A stretch of 57,407 bases of DNA, counting the filler, from Basidiobolus ranarum (lineage: Eukaryota): NCBI GenBank assembly GCA_040143965.1. It is 5 parts of 5 records of this genome, joined end to end, with 100 filler letters (N's around TTAATTAATTAA, not from the genome) between each part and the next. Parts side by side here need not be neighbours in the genome. Positions count along the whole stretch, not along the records: positions 34,530 to 45,922 come from JASJQH010000617.1; positions 46,023 to 57,407 come from JASJQH010000618.1; 3 more parts are not named here. One strand, 5' to 3'. Position numbers and translations under genes: made by a program. The notes under the pieces were generated by a model. That model had not been told where the DNA came from, made no database searches, and was given only the letters and a program-made list of their open reading frames with translations. The first letter of the stretch is position 1, and each line of letters starts with the position of its first letter. Below, one piece after another: positions 38,626-50,911 of the stretch.

Positions 38626-39507
38626 ATCGTGAAGTTGTGGATTACAATATACAAATCCTTCAACTTAATAGCCGTTCATGGCTGAGGTTGTATGACCGCC
38701 AGTGCGACTGATATCGAACAACAAGAATTAGGATTTGAATAAGGTATACTTCGATATGTAACCCCTAAGCTCCAACAACGGTGATTAGCAACGTGCATTC
38801 CCGAGTATTGTAGCCTAACCCTTGACGAACCCTAGATTTTGCAACAAAACCCTGGCAGATTGCATCATTTCTTGATATGCCTTACATCTATACTGTGGCA
38901 TGCCGAAAGATTTGGTGATTTGTTAATGCTTCGGTAGTTTCCGGTACTCCCACTTTATCCTATTCAACATGCCACGAGTCTTTGTCACGCACTTTTCATA
39001 TTTACAGCATTTTGACCGACACTGGTAGAATGTGGGTGGTAACCTTATCATGATATGATATGGTAGGCAAAAGTCAAGTTTTAAAGTCGGTGTCAATAAT
39101 GGTAGTGGTCTGCATATACTTTCAATGGCCGTTACAACTTGGTTGACAGGAAACTGGTGAATCGTAGTGTACTTCTCGGAGAACGTTGACCATCAAATTA
39201 GCCTTATCCCTGATTCGCGAATCACCCGTGATAGGGATCATTTGATAATAAAATCCAACTTTAAAAGTACCTTCATTCTGTGGCACTTATACATGCATGT
39301 AGACACCTTTTCTTGCATGGATATGTTGCTGGTAATTTGGAGTCAGTAAGTCTTGGTTCAGTCAGAATACTATTTTGATGTTGAACATGGCTCTATCTAT
39401 TCCTTAGTAATCATGTATATGCCTGATTAGTCTGACATGAAACCATGCATCTGGAAGTATTTCCCAAAGATAGATATTGTGAAAATGTAAGTAGAAAGGG
39501 TTATGGA

Positions 39508-39837
39508 TGTTAAAGTACTTGGGAGCCTGTTGGAAGTGGTTTGGAGAAATTAGAGAAATTGGTGATTTTCACTTATTGATTTATTAAGTAATCAGTTGAC
39601 ATATATACTTTTGTCAAGATGTAGACAAACTGATGTGTAGAGTGTATTAAGGAAGGTCCCAGGAACATGTGTGCAAAGTTTGGGGCTTCTAGCACAAGTT
39701 ATCAAAATCCATATATCTTCAAACTTCTAAGTAAATTCCTCTTGAGAATAATGGGTAATATCTTAGTTTAATATAAGATAACTAAATACTAAGCTATATA
39801 TTACCATATAGGTGTTTAGGCAATGCTAATTTCAACA
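39508..39837 (+). mobile_element. Solo-LTR-like repeat copy C (330 bp) with perfect 5-bp TSD ATGGA
   Basis: ATGGA(39503-39507)|TGTTAAAG...TTTCAACA|ATGGA(39838-39842). Confidence 0.9.
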
Positions 39838-40466
39838 ATGGAATGGTTACTTTGGGTCATCTATTATCTGCTGATTCTTAAAGGCATCTATATATGCATA
39901 TACCTCAAGTTAAAGTACAGATTTGATTTAATAAAGAAGTCTCCCGTTTTATTAAGGGGTCGGGGTATTTGAATCGTGGTATTTAATCGGGGTATTTTAA
40001 AATAATGTGGAATATTCCTGAGCACAGAACAGCAACACATTCGTTGATCATGTAGAGCGCCTCATTAGCGAAACTTGTGCATGTTACTTTTCCCGTGTGT
40101 AACACTACAACTACTCTAACATGTGATGAAGTTTCCTTCTTCTATACATATAACCCGCGGAAGTACTGAGGGTATTCAACTCTATACAAAACTGCTGCTA
40201 CATATACTTGGAGTATAGTAGTTGCCCAGGCTTACGACATGACGATCTAAAATAGCTAACAGTATGGCACCAGCGAAAAAGATAAAGTTACACCTCAAAA
40301 GATAATAATATGCGGGCTGGTAGTATACATAATGATACAAGTATCGGTCACAAGAAACATTTCTAAGAGCTAATGTTTTATGTAAGCCATGACTGTCGGC
40401 TATAACTTTCACTATAAAGTCACTCATTACATGATGCAAATTTTTGTAAACCCTCCACTATTGATG

Positions 40467-41442
40467 TTAGAACTTCACGTCATGGATGTCGGTAATGTGG
40501 TTCGTCATACTCCTTTCCGTCATCGACTCCCGAGGTACCACTAACTCTTGCTGAAGGTATCGACCTGGCGGGATTATAATATAAGCGAGGATGGCTATAA
40601 ACATCATTAACGAATCAAATACATAAAAGTACACCTCGTGTGAGATAAGATATCCGCTATATCCTTGAGCGAATTCGGCAATACGATAAATGGATCGGAT
40701 TAGAAGAGCGGTAATATTGACCCAGATTGGCCAGTACAGGATACGCCAATGTGATGGTTTGTGAGGAGTGTCTTTGGATGTTTGAAATGTGAAGTTTGAC
40801 GAGTGCTGAACGTAGTAGGTGATGATAGTAAAAACGACCAGGGAGATCATCGCAAAGCTGAGACCAATCAGTGCAATATTAGAGCCAACATTGGATAGTG
40901 ATTGAATAGCCATCATCCCACCACCAGATGCTTGAACCAAAAAGCCAATCACATCGACTGATACAAAAACCTTCTCAACCAAAGCCGGTTGAATATACTT
41001 CGTCCGATGATTGGAGCAGGCGATACTGTGGTAGAAATGTCAACATAAACCTTACAAATGCTCTCACTAACAAAAGCAAACACTTACATCTTCGCCACCG
41101 CTAAATAACTCCCCAGTGCAATGATAATAGGAGGGAGTAATAAAAACAAAGTTGACGCAGCAAAGGCGCCGATATTTCCGGTGTTCTCTGGTTGGCCAGA
41201 CCATAAACGAATAGCAAAACCTATCGCTTCACCTAGCAGAAGAGAACTACGTTTAATATATTACAGGTTACTTTTACAAGTTTTAGCTTACCGGCAGCGC
41301 CACCTGCGACTCCATACATATACCGAGATTTATACCGATAGGCCTGATACGATACAACCATTGCAAAGAGGGAGAATATAACCAGTGCCAATATGGCTAG
41401 CGGTATATTGGGGTCATAGTGATATAAATTATAATGAGCCAT
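40467..41442 (-). CDS. RTA1/Rsb1-like lipid-translocating exporter family membrane protein
   Basis: N-terminal LYHYDPNIPLA; KVFVSVDVIGFLVQASGGG, LLIRSIYRIAEFAQGYSGYL..HEVYFYVFD; two GT-AG introns. Confidence 0.92.
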
Positions 41443-41512
41443 GGATGATAATTATAAGGGTACAATCTCTGTTGTGCGCTCTTTATGTAAATCCTCCAAC
41501 ATCAGATCAACT

Positions 41513-41614
41513 TATCTTTGCCAAGAATACTAGAGAGCATTAGCTATACTCCTGAATCGAACCTATCTTTGCCAAGAATACTAGAGAGCATTAGCTATAC
41601 TCCTGAATCGAACC
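41513..41614. repeat. Perfect 51-bp tandem duplication upstream of the RTA1-like gene
   Basis: TATCTTTGCCAAGAATACTAGAGAGCATTAGCTATACTCCTGAATCGAACC x2. Confidence 0.95.
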
Positions 41615-42384
41615 TTTAGCCTAATGATATAGGTGTAACTACGGTTTCTTGGCATTTGAAACCATTGGATCAGCCAAGAAGAGCGCTGAAATTTGGAACA
41701 AATGTACACTTTAACCATACCACTGGGACTAGTGAGTAGCTCTTGGAGTTACCTAAATATCCCCTTGCATTATCTATTACATTTCATTGAGGAACAGAGC
41801 GAGTTATATTTGGAAATGTTTCACATGTACCCGAAAAGCACGGAGTGAGAAATACAAGGTAGAAGTTTCTTTGAAAACCATGCAATAGTTAACTCTATAT
41901 GTTGACGAAAACAATGGGTGATTGATAAGCTTTGACCGGTAAGCAAAATCAATCCAACAAAATCTAACAACGTCGCATTGAGACCCTAGCGGAAATTCCA
42001 AATATAGATAGCATCAACCGGATCGTCAAGAATTGAACGTTTCCAATATGGAAGGGTCAGAGAATTATGGAAAGGTCAGCTCAACTAAATAAATATCGAC
42101 GGGTAAATTTATAGTCTGAGAGTAAAATATAGATTTTAAACGTGTCCATTCTATCAAGGTGTTTTGGATGGATTCATTCCAACTAAGAACAAAACATTAG
42201 AGATAAGGTTTGTCATCTGGCTAGGAGCTGATTTTGAGCTATGCCAAGCAAATTGATGTAATCGATTAGTTAAAACATGTACCTATTTAACAAAGCTATC
42301 TTGTCCTAGGCATTAAACTAGTGAATTCAACTAAATGGTGTTTCATCTTCATTATTCTTTCTCACTACGTGCTCAAAGCAAAAA

Positions 42385-42743
42385 TTAAAATAGAAGTCGT
42401 TACTCCAAGTAACTTCCTTAGATGCCATTCTAGCTTTCACAGTAAAAAGTTGAGCTTGCACTACTGGTTGCCCTGCGAGGGGTGTCTTCCATCCGCCACC
42501 AGAAGTTGGATATACATTAGTAATTGAGTCTTGGCGACTTTTACGGCTCCCTTCATCCTTATACAACACTAAGAATATGCTCAGCCCGAAATTGGTATTT
42601 GGGCAAGTCAATATATAGCCTGCGATAAGCTGGCCTTACATGAGGGTTCAGTTATTCGGATTCACCCTGTTACTGGCTAAAAAGCAGTGCACGTAAATCC
42701 AATGTTTACTTGATATATCAATGGAGTGAGCAAACAGGGATCG
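42385..42743 (+). pseudogene. TauD/TfdA alpha-ketoglutarate-dependent dioxygenase pseudogene fragment
   Basis: ELALLVALRG(fs)..RHQKLDIH**LSLGDFYGSLHP and VIRIHPVTG*KAVHVNPMFT*YINGVSKQGS, with stops, frameshifts and a large internal deletion. Confidence 0.75.
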
Positions 42744-44165
42744 CTTGGTCAAATCGAGCCATCAAAGATAACCTTTTGATTCAATCACATCTCGATGAGA
42801 ATATTTCTGAGGCCTAAGGAAAAAAGGATCATCCTTACTGTGGCTTATTAACAAATTATCCTTACTATTTACCCTATGAGCGCTGAATTTCTGTTTCTAA
42901 GTATGGTGTAGTAGTTGATCTTTGTCTAGACTACTATCGCAACCTTCATGACGGCATCTCTAAAGGCCCGAACTGAGTAGGGATTTGAGCCACATAATAA
43001 TACAGACATGTCATGCCCGTATTGAACACCCAAGGCTAAAAATTGAAATAGAATACGATAAGGAAAACGGTGAAATTTTTCCTGGTCACAGCTGTTATAG
43101 GGTTTAATTCTTCTGCTTAGTATAAGTGATAGCTTTGGTAAGACAAAGGAATGTCTACTTAAATAATATTCCCAATCTGGTCATATATGAGTACAACAAA
43201 GTAATGAGTAACGCACCAGTATCAGTGTCAGTATCTGCGCAGAGGAAGGTATTGAAGCATAAACGAGTAAGTGGTCATAGCATACCATATCCTAACCATT
43301 ATCAACCTTTAGCTTAGGCAAAGTACAAGTCGAGCATAGTAATAGCTAGTATTGCAAGAATCTATATTTCATATCCTACATCCACCATATCTAAGCTTGT
43401 ATTGGATCTACGAAAGTGTTTTAGATAACTGTAACACCTCTGATCACTATGTTGCAGACATTTCTGATAACTTGAACTAACAAACATCATCCTTTTACTA
43501 AAAGATGAATAAGGCTGATTAAGCTGCATATAAACCCATGTGGTTCTTAATGAAACTGAATCATTGGACCATTTTAGGGTGGCGGAAGACAATTATTTCG
43601 CAAGTTTGTATTCCATTGGCTCGTGTGCGCTTAGGGTTAGGGCTACATATATTCATATCACATTACTCAGTCTGTTTTTTAAATTATAGGGTCAGGGTCA
43701 GGGTCAGGGGCAGCCATAGTATTTAATCAGAGCATAAGCAATAACTTTAAGCGGCTCAGTGCAAGAAACGAGACAAGAAAGGGCAGATTTTAATCTGAAG
43801 CAAAATCTGAAGCCTCAGTGCTTACAGTAGATACAGATACAGGTATCCATGCTCTGTCTCACGAATGTTTACGTAATTAGGATATTGCATAATTTGATCC
43901 AATGTATGCCAGGAGAGGACAACCAAAATGGCAATATGATACGAACTAAATGGGCGGACTTCTCAATTGGAAGAGTCTAGTTCAACAAATTTATTGACAT
44001 TCACAAATATTATCTGGGAAAATTTGGGGATAGATTTCCCCACTAGATAAGGTGATTATTTTGGGTTGAGTGACATCTATTTTTGCTTCCATTTATAACA
44101 TACCCTCGGCAATTCCTGTTTGCCATCTTGGTTGCTGATTTCTCTTCCTTTACCCTGAATTTACC

Positions 44166-45582
44166 ATGAACGGCGTACACACCTATCCTCATAATGTTGG
44201 CATCAAAGCCATGGAAATCTACTTCCCCAAGAAGGTATGTCTATTTGTTATTGCTTAGTGTAAGTTTGAAGTTGCTTACCTTTGTTTCGCTAATATAGTA
44301 TGTAGACCAAACTGAGCTCGAACAATTTGATGGTGTTTCTGCTGGTAAATACACTATTGGTCTCGGCCAAACCAAGATGGGTTTCTGTGATGATCGTGAA
44401 GATATTCACTCCATTTCTCTTACCGCTGTTCAAAACTTACTTGAGAAATACAACATCTCTTATGATCAGATTGGTCGTCTTGAAGTTGGTACTGAGACCA
44501 TTATTGACAAAGCCAAGTCTGTCAAGACCGTTCTCATGCAACTTTTTGCTGAGTCCGGAAACAGTGAAATTGAAGGTATCGATACCACTAACGCTTGTTA
44601 TGGTGGTACTGCTGCTCTCTCCAATGCCATTAACTGGGTCGAGTCTTCATCCTGGGACGGTCGTTATGCTTTGGTAGTTGCCGCTGATATTGCCATCTAT
44701 GCTTCTGGCCCTGCCAGACCTACCGGTGGTGCTGCCGCAGTTGCCATCTTAGTCGGCCCCGACGCTCCAGTTGTTGTTGAAAGAGGACTTCGTGGTACTC
44801 ACATGGAGCATGTTTATGACTTCTATAAGCCTGATTTGTCTTCCGAATTCCCTGAAGTTGATGGACATCTTTCCGTGGTCTGCTACCTTCGTGCTTTGGA
44901 TCATTGTTACCAACGTTACATGGCTAGACTTGCCAAGAAGGAGAACTTGGAAAAGCCAGGACTCAAAGATATCGACTTTATGGTCTTCCATTCCCCTTAC
45001 ACTAAGCTTGTTCTCAAGTCCTTCGGCCGTATTGGTTTCCACGATTTCCTTGCCAACCCTAGTGATGAGAAATACTCTGAGCTTCAACAGTTCAAGGATC
45101 TTAAGCTCGAAGATACCTATACCAACAAGCAAGTTGAGAAGGCGTTCATTGATGCTACCAAGGCTGCCTATAGTGAGAAAGTCATTCCATCACTCTTGGC
45201 TGCTAAGAACGTAGGTAACATGTACAGTGGATCTGTGTATGGATGCTTGTCTTCTCTTCTCTCCGAGGTTCCTTACTCTGACTTGAAGGATAAGCGTGTT
45301 GCTCTTTTCTCATATGGATCCGGATCTTCTGCTACTATGCTTTCTTTCCGTGTTGTTGATTCTACTGAGAACATTGCCAAGCAACTCAACGTTAAGGCTC
45401 GCCTTGAAACCCGTACTGCTGTTGCCCCTGCCGAGTTTGCTAACATCATGAACTTGCGTGAGGAGACTCATCAGCTCAAAGGATACACTCCAGTCGGTGA
45501 TGTAGAAGACATGTATCCTGGAACTTATTACTTGACTCATGTTGATGATAAGTTTAGACGCACCTACGCCCGCAAGAATTAG
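44166..45582 (+). CDS. ERG13: Hydroxymethylglutaryl-CoA synthase
   Basis: NVGIKAMEIYFP exon, intron 44235-44298, RLEVGTET, NACYGGT, ARPTGG, FHSPY, GNMYSGS. Confidence 0.97.
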
Positions 45583-45922
45583 AAATTCTATCTCCCATTG
45601 CAAAACCAAATGCACCTATGTACCTGTACTAGCTAATGCTACTTTCTACTTTCTACTATATACTACACTTATTTATTTTAATACCAATGGTATATTTCTT
45701 ATAATGTAAAATCGCCATTATTCTAGTATTTTCAATTGTTATGATTCATCAGAGTCATTATTTATACCAACTTAATAAATAATCAGCTCAAATTTCCCAT
45801 ATCTTCTAGCCCCATCCCTGATAGAGCATGTACGTGAAGCGGATATACTGATTGAATGGGATTTTAATGAAGAACCGATTGAGATATATATACATTCGTG
45901 AAATGAAGAGGTAGTGCGGATT

Positions 45923-46022
45923 NNNNNNNNNNNNNNNNNNNNNNNNNNNNNNNNNNNNNNNNNNNNTTAATTAATTAANNNNNNNNNNNNNNNNNNNNNN
46001 NNNNNNNNNNNNNNNNNNNNNN
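45923..46022. other. Artificial contig-join spacer
   Basis: N run with TTAATTAATTAA. Confidence 0.98.
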
Positions 46023-46284
<262 letters not shown>

Positions 46285-46670
46285 TTATTCACTCATATCT
46301 TATACTATCGTAATGTATTCTTTCAATTTCTCAAGTTCGATTCCCCTAAAAATGTAACAACCCTTCAATTCCGACTACATTTATAACACCTCATCCACTA
46401 TATAAATATAAGCTGTACTTGTGTATCCCTTCATCATATCTCGTGAGTCAAATGGCTTCATCAAGATAATAAAAGTTGGCATTTAAATTATACGAATTGG
46501 CTTGACGACGAATTGGCTTGACGTGATATCATATCGCAGTCTAGATGCTATTTTGCGATCTGTATTTATTATTTATTAGCCGCAGCACCAAACCTACCTG
46601 ATGAAGCAGTAAATGCCAGTTTTTTGTTCAACAATCTGATGAAGACTGCAATTTATTTTCGCTCACTTTC

Positions 46671-47675
46671 ATGACTACCATATCAACCAGCAAAAACACT
46701 TCACCGCCACTTTCAGCCCTTCAACTTCAGAAGATTCGAATATCAAAAACCGTTTCGGAGATTACCAAGGGCTTCAAGTTAGCATATGAAGGAATCATTA
46801 GCTCCTTTCGAAATCCACAACTTCGAATCTGGTTCTTGTGGTCTTTCTTGATCCTTTCTGGCTTTCTAGTTATTGTTTATATTCTTACTCATTATCTAAT
46901 ACTGCTCCCTTTAAAAATCTTACAATGGAGTAATTTTTTACTTAGTTATATATCTCATCATGACTATAATAGTATAGATTTGGCACTCAGTAAGATAATA
47001 GTTAGCGTAAAAGGTGCCATAGCTGCCACACCATTTGTTGGTTTACTGTTCGTTCGATATCTGTATCCCAAACCCCTTGACAAAGTATTTATGACCTCGT
47101 TGAAGACTTCTTCTGACATTTACTTTTTGCAATTATCCCAGTTTCCTTATCATGTTGATTATTGGAAGGAAATGAAACGATATTTTGCTCGTACTATTCG
47201 TCGACTGAGGTTATTACTGACTGTTTACATATTATCGTCGATTCCAGTCTTAGGTGTTTGGGTGACACCTTTGGCGTCCGCTTGGTTGACTTCAAGAGCT
47301 TTGGGCAAACCTCTGGCGTACACTTTGGCTTTAGCTTCATTCCTATTTCCTAGCTTTAAACCGTATAGTGTTTACACTCTGAGCTATTTCTATGGATGTA
47401 GGGCGCTAGCTTGGGAACTTCTGGAGCCTTACTTCTGTAGAGTGGTGGTAACCAATTCCGAAAGATATCAATGGTTTTTACCTAATCAAATCATCACTCT
47501 GTCTTTTTCTATCATATTCTATTCACTCATGTATATTCCCTATATTGGACCATGCTTTTTTATCTTAGGTCAAGCAGCTGTACCCACTCTGTTAATATAT
47601 CTTTCTGATTCACCTGGCACCCCCTTCATTAAAAAGGATGATGCAAAATCAGCAATGAATGTAAAGAATAAATAA
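46671..47675 (+). CDS. Multi-pass membrane protein (UsgS/EI24-like)
   Basis: 334-aa intronless ORF with several TM segments; LD..FM.SL, ELLEPYF.R and IPYIGP motifs; family assignment from recall only. Confidence 0.65.
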   Translation: MTTISTSKNTSPPLSALQLQKIRISKTVSEITKGFKLAYEGIISSFRNPQLRIWFLWSFLILSGFLVIVYILTHYLILLPLKILQWSNFLLSYISHHDYNSIDLALSKIIVSVKGAIAATPFVGLLFVRYLYPKPLDKVFMTSLKTSSDIYFLQLSQFPYHVDYWKEMKRYFARTIRRLRLLLTVYILSSIPVLGVWVTPLASAWLTSRALGKPLAYTLALASFLFPSFKPYSVYTLSYFYGCRALAWELLEPYFCRVVVTNSERYQWFLPNQIITLSFSIIFYSLMYIPYIGPCFFILGQAAVPTLLIYLSDSPGTPFIKKDDAKSAMNVKNK

Positions 47676-47883
47676 GCTTTTTCATTGTGCAATCAATATA
47701 TTGGAATGATTGTTTACTCAGTAATCTCGTTAGACAGTTCATATATTGAATATGAAATAGTGAATCTATAAGCAACGTTAGTGATGTGACTGCTATGCTA
47801 TTTTTGGCTAAATGGGCATTTTGCTTATCACGACTCTTGGTAAGTTATTTAAGGCAAGTAGTTAGAATCGGTATGATGAAACC

Positions 47884-48030
47884 TTCAATGAAGTAATTTT
47901 TGAGTAATTACGTATCTCATCATGACTATAATAGTATAGATAGATACTCTAAAGCTACTTTTATAGATGCAAGGCGCTAGCTTGGGAACTTCTGGAGGCT
48001 TACTGCTATAGAGTGGAGTCAACTACCCAG
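47884..48030 (+). pseudogene. 5' piece of a tandem duplicate pseudogene of the 46671-47675 gene
   Basis: 47884-47941 matches ~46919-46979 (TCTCATCATGACTATAATAGTATAGAT); 47946-48020 matches ~47375-47450 (GGCGCTAGCTTGGGAACTTCTGGAG). Confidence 0.85.
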
Positions 48031-48384
48031 TCGCAGTGACAAAACTACACAAGGTGTACTTCTTTTGGATCCGCAAGGACAAGGATTTGTTTGAATGGTT
48101 CTTCCCTGGTTTAATTTTGTCGTTTGATTTCTCACCAGTAAATTTGTCAGACTCAGGACTAACCATCTTTCTTCTCACACTCACACTCTTGTGTAGAAAA
48201 CTTTCAAAATAAATGTCAGCGGAAGTCAGGGTATCCTGACCGCTGCGAAGATTTTTTTATAGTTTGTTGAATATTGAAAAGAAAGAAAGGAAAAAATCAT
48301 ATAGAAGAGCGAAGGGTGGTTGTTGTGGTGAGTGAGAGGGGTTAGTAGCCTTCTTCTCAGAAAGATATCTCGAGAGATTTCTAT

Positions 48385-48795
48385 CTATTTCTCCACGATA
48401 CTAAGTTTCTCCTCAATCGCCTCTCCTTTGTTGCGATCTTTGAAATATGAGAAATACCAGAACGCTGATTCCGCAGTGGCGGCAGCTACAAGCACAGTCA
48501 CAATCGCTACGCGTTGGTGTTTGTGATTCTTCCACAGTGTTAACAACACGTTCTCTTCGGTTTCGGGGGCAGCGGCGTTGGCGTTCGTATTGGGAGGGGG
48601 ACGGGTAGAAGAGGTAGTTGAGGACGATGAGTGAGGAGCCGCTGCTACTCCTTCGCCTTTTCCTGTTCCTTTGACGGAGGCGTTGGTGGCTTTGGATGAT
48701 GAGGAGGAGAGAGTGGCCATGGACCTCTGACGGACAGTGGATGTTGCAGTTCGAGCAATGAGCGAAGGCAAAGTGCAATTCAAAAGAGAAGTCAT
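48385..48795 (-). CDS. Small single-pass membrane protein with predicted mitochondrial presequence
   Basis: 136-aa intact ORF; Arg/Ser/Thr-rich N-terminus (ARTATSTVRQRSMATL), low-complexity linker, one TM (VAIVTVLVAAATAESAFWYF). Confidence 0.55.
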   Translation of the reverse strand: MTSLLNCTLPSLIARTATSTVRQRSMATLSSSSSKATNASVKGTGKGEGVAAAPHSSSSTTSSTRPPPNTNANAAAPETEENVLLTLWKNHKHQRVAIVTVLVAAATAESAFWYFSYFKDRNKGEAIEEKLSIVEK

Positions 48796-50084
48796 GATTT
48801 GGTTTGTTTGTTACTTGAGGAGTGGTGATTGTTTATAAAAAAATAGAACATCCTTGTCTGCATCTTTAAATACGGTGCACAAATTCCAGATCACGTTTTT
48901 TTACGCCGATTTTCGGAAAGGGGAGGGGTAGCAGGTTAAATCCGCAGGCTTTTTGCGTTACTTAGCATTTTCCACAGTTCACCTTTATAGAAAATTGCCT
49001 TTCCTGATAACCATGAACCATAATAGCATTAGTGCCTTCTCAGATGTAACGCAAATCACACATAAGCACCATAAATAAACTTTATTCTTATTGTCCACTG
49101 TGTCCATCCGTTCAAGAGACTCAAGCCCAAGGGCTCTCAACCCTTGTTCCACGACTCGCGTCGCAGCTCACAAGAGCAACCACCTGGCCTTGACGATCCA
49201 TCCCTTTCACCCTCAGCACTCAATTCGCCTGGCCTATCTGCGCTGGTACGTTGAATAAGACATCAATAGGTGATGGTCTAGGGATTCGGTCAATCCCGGT
49301 AAAATATCGGGTCATTCTGCGAGAACGAGAGCCAAATTGAACGATTCTTGGTATTGCTCTAAGTTCGAAAGATCAGCCTTGGGGTTCAATCGTATGCACT
49401 TTCGTTCAATTTTAAGTTGTTGTTTTTTTCGAATGGAAGGGGAAAGGGTACATGTGTCGTCCTAGGTTAGACATCCTCCATAGATAAACCAGTAAAAACA
49501 CGCATCTCTATAAATCAAGAGTTTGCTACTCCTCTGCTTACTCATGAAGTCTCGAAAGGACATACCGCGGGAATACACCCGAGTAACCCTTGTTATCCCG
49601 GGTCCTGCTCGAATTAACATTTGACTTCTTAACCCGCTCGCCTTCACAGCATGACCACCACTAACGCAGATCGGTTTAACATCTGAGACATCCTCAATAG
49701 TTCAGACTCATCCAGACCACACATCCCATCATCTTCATCGTCGTTTTCGTCATACTCACCGCCGCGTCGGTTGTCAGCTACCACCTGTCTCATCTTAACA
49801 TTCGCGTACTCTACAAGACCACCTATATGACCACCACCGCCGAGGCCGCTATCAGTCAGGAGTGACGGGTCCTTTGGCAGATCAACTCCAGCAGCCGACT
49901 CACAATACACCAACTCAACGGAATCGGCTCAGGACGACGATGCTGACCAAGGTCATGGTTTTACTCGAATCTGCCATCACTCGTTTCTTCCTCTCTGGAT
50001 CTTCGGCCATCAAAAATGATCCAAAAAGAAAGAGAAAAAGACGTCTTAAATGCGTGGACTAAATTAATAAATGCAGAGATCGTC

Positions 50085-50905
50085 TCATAAGAAAAAAGTA
50101 AAAAAAGAGTTTACTGCTAAGTGAACTTGAATATTCATACTTCCTCTATCCACAACAACAACCAAAGCGTGATTGACAGCAAAGTTCGTTACATTGGTAA
50201 CACCAGGGAGACTAGTGGAGCCACTGCTACCTCCAGCTACAGTACCTCCATTCCGAGCAAGAGCCTGCTGTTGCCGGCCAAGAGATGCACCAGAAAGAAA
50301 TACAGCTCCACGACGACGTGCTACTCCAGAAACAGTAATTTCCGCTTTGCTTCGGAGAGAGTAAATACAATCTGGATTATCCTTGAGGAAGTTGAACTTG
50401 ATCCCCGCTACCTTCTTCGTGTACTCGCGCTTCATATCCGCCGTCTTGTTAGCTCATTTCTGTCTAAATCGCCCGAAAGATCTCGCTCACTGTGAGTTTG
50501 GCAATGTCAAGTAACAACTTGTGATGTATCTCCTGGTTGAGAATCAGATACGAGTTCATCGGACATCTGAGACGGTTGGGATCCAATCCAATGGTGGCAA
50601 GAAAATTATAGTGGTGTATTCGGAAACTTGAAAGAGAGAAAAAGAAATCCATCGTTTTAGGTCAGCTACTTGCTCAACTCGCTACATGACGATCCACTAA
50701 TATCAGACGAATACGAGCACAGGAGAAAAGAAACCTACGTCATGTTCACTCTTGTATTTCTTGGAGGGTCCAGCATCGACATCATTGGGTCCGCACTTCC
50801 TAAAGGAGCGACGAGTATATACGTAATTGGGATGTTTCACCTGGAAAGTATCCCTGATATCCTTTGCGCGAAAGGTACAAAGCGATTTACGCTCTTAGAG
50901 ACTCA
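50085..50905 (-). pseudogene. Decayed multi-HMG-box transcription factor
   Basis: FVPFAQRI(fs)DTFQVKHPNYVYTRR (end of one HMG box), then DPNRLRCPMNSYLILNQE..KLL..LTVSEIFRAI*..KREYTKK..IKFNFLKDNPDCIYSLRSKAE (second box), with stops and frameshifts. Confidence 0.7.
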
Positions 50906-50911
50906 TAAAAA

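Noticed and set aside
45669-45677. TTATTTATT AU-rich element in the ERG13 3' region as a target of the CCCH protein
   Set aside because: A single nonamer in AT-rich DNA is expected by chance, and the UTR extent is unknown.
46492-46523. 16-bp tandem duplication ACGAATTGGCTTGACG x2
   Set aside because: Only two copies with no spacer; ordinary slippage, not CRISPR-like.
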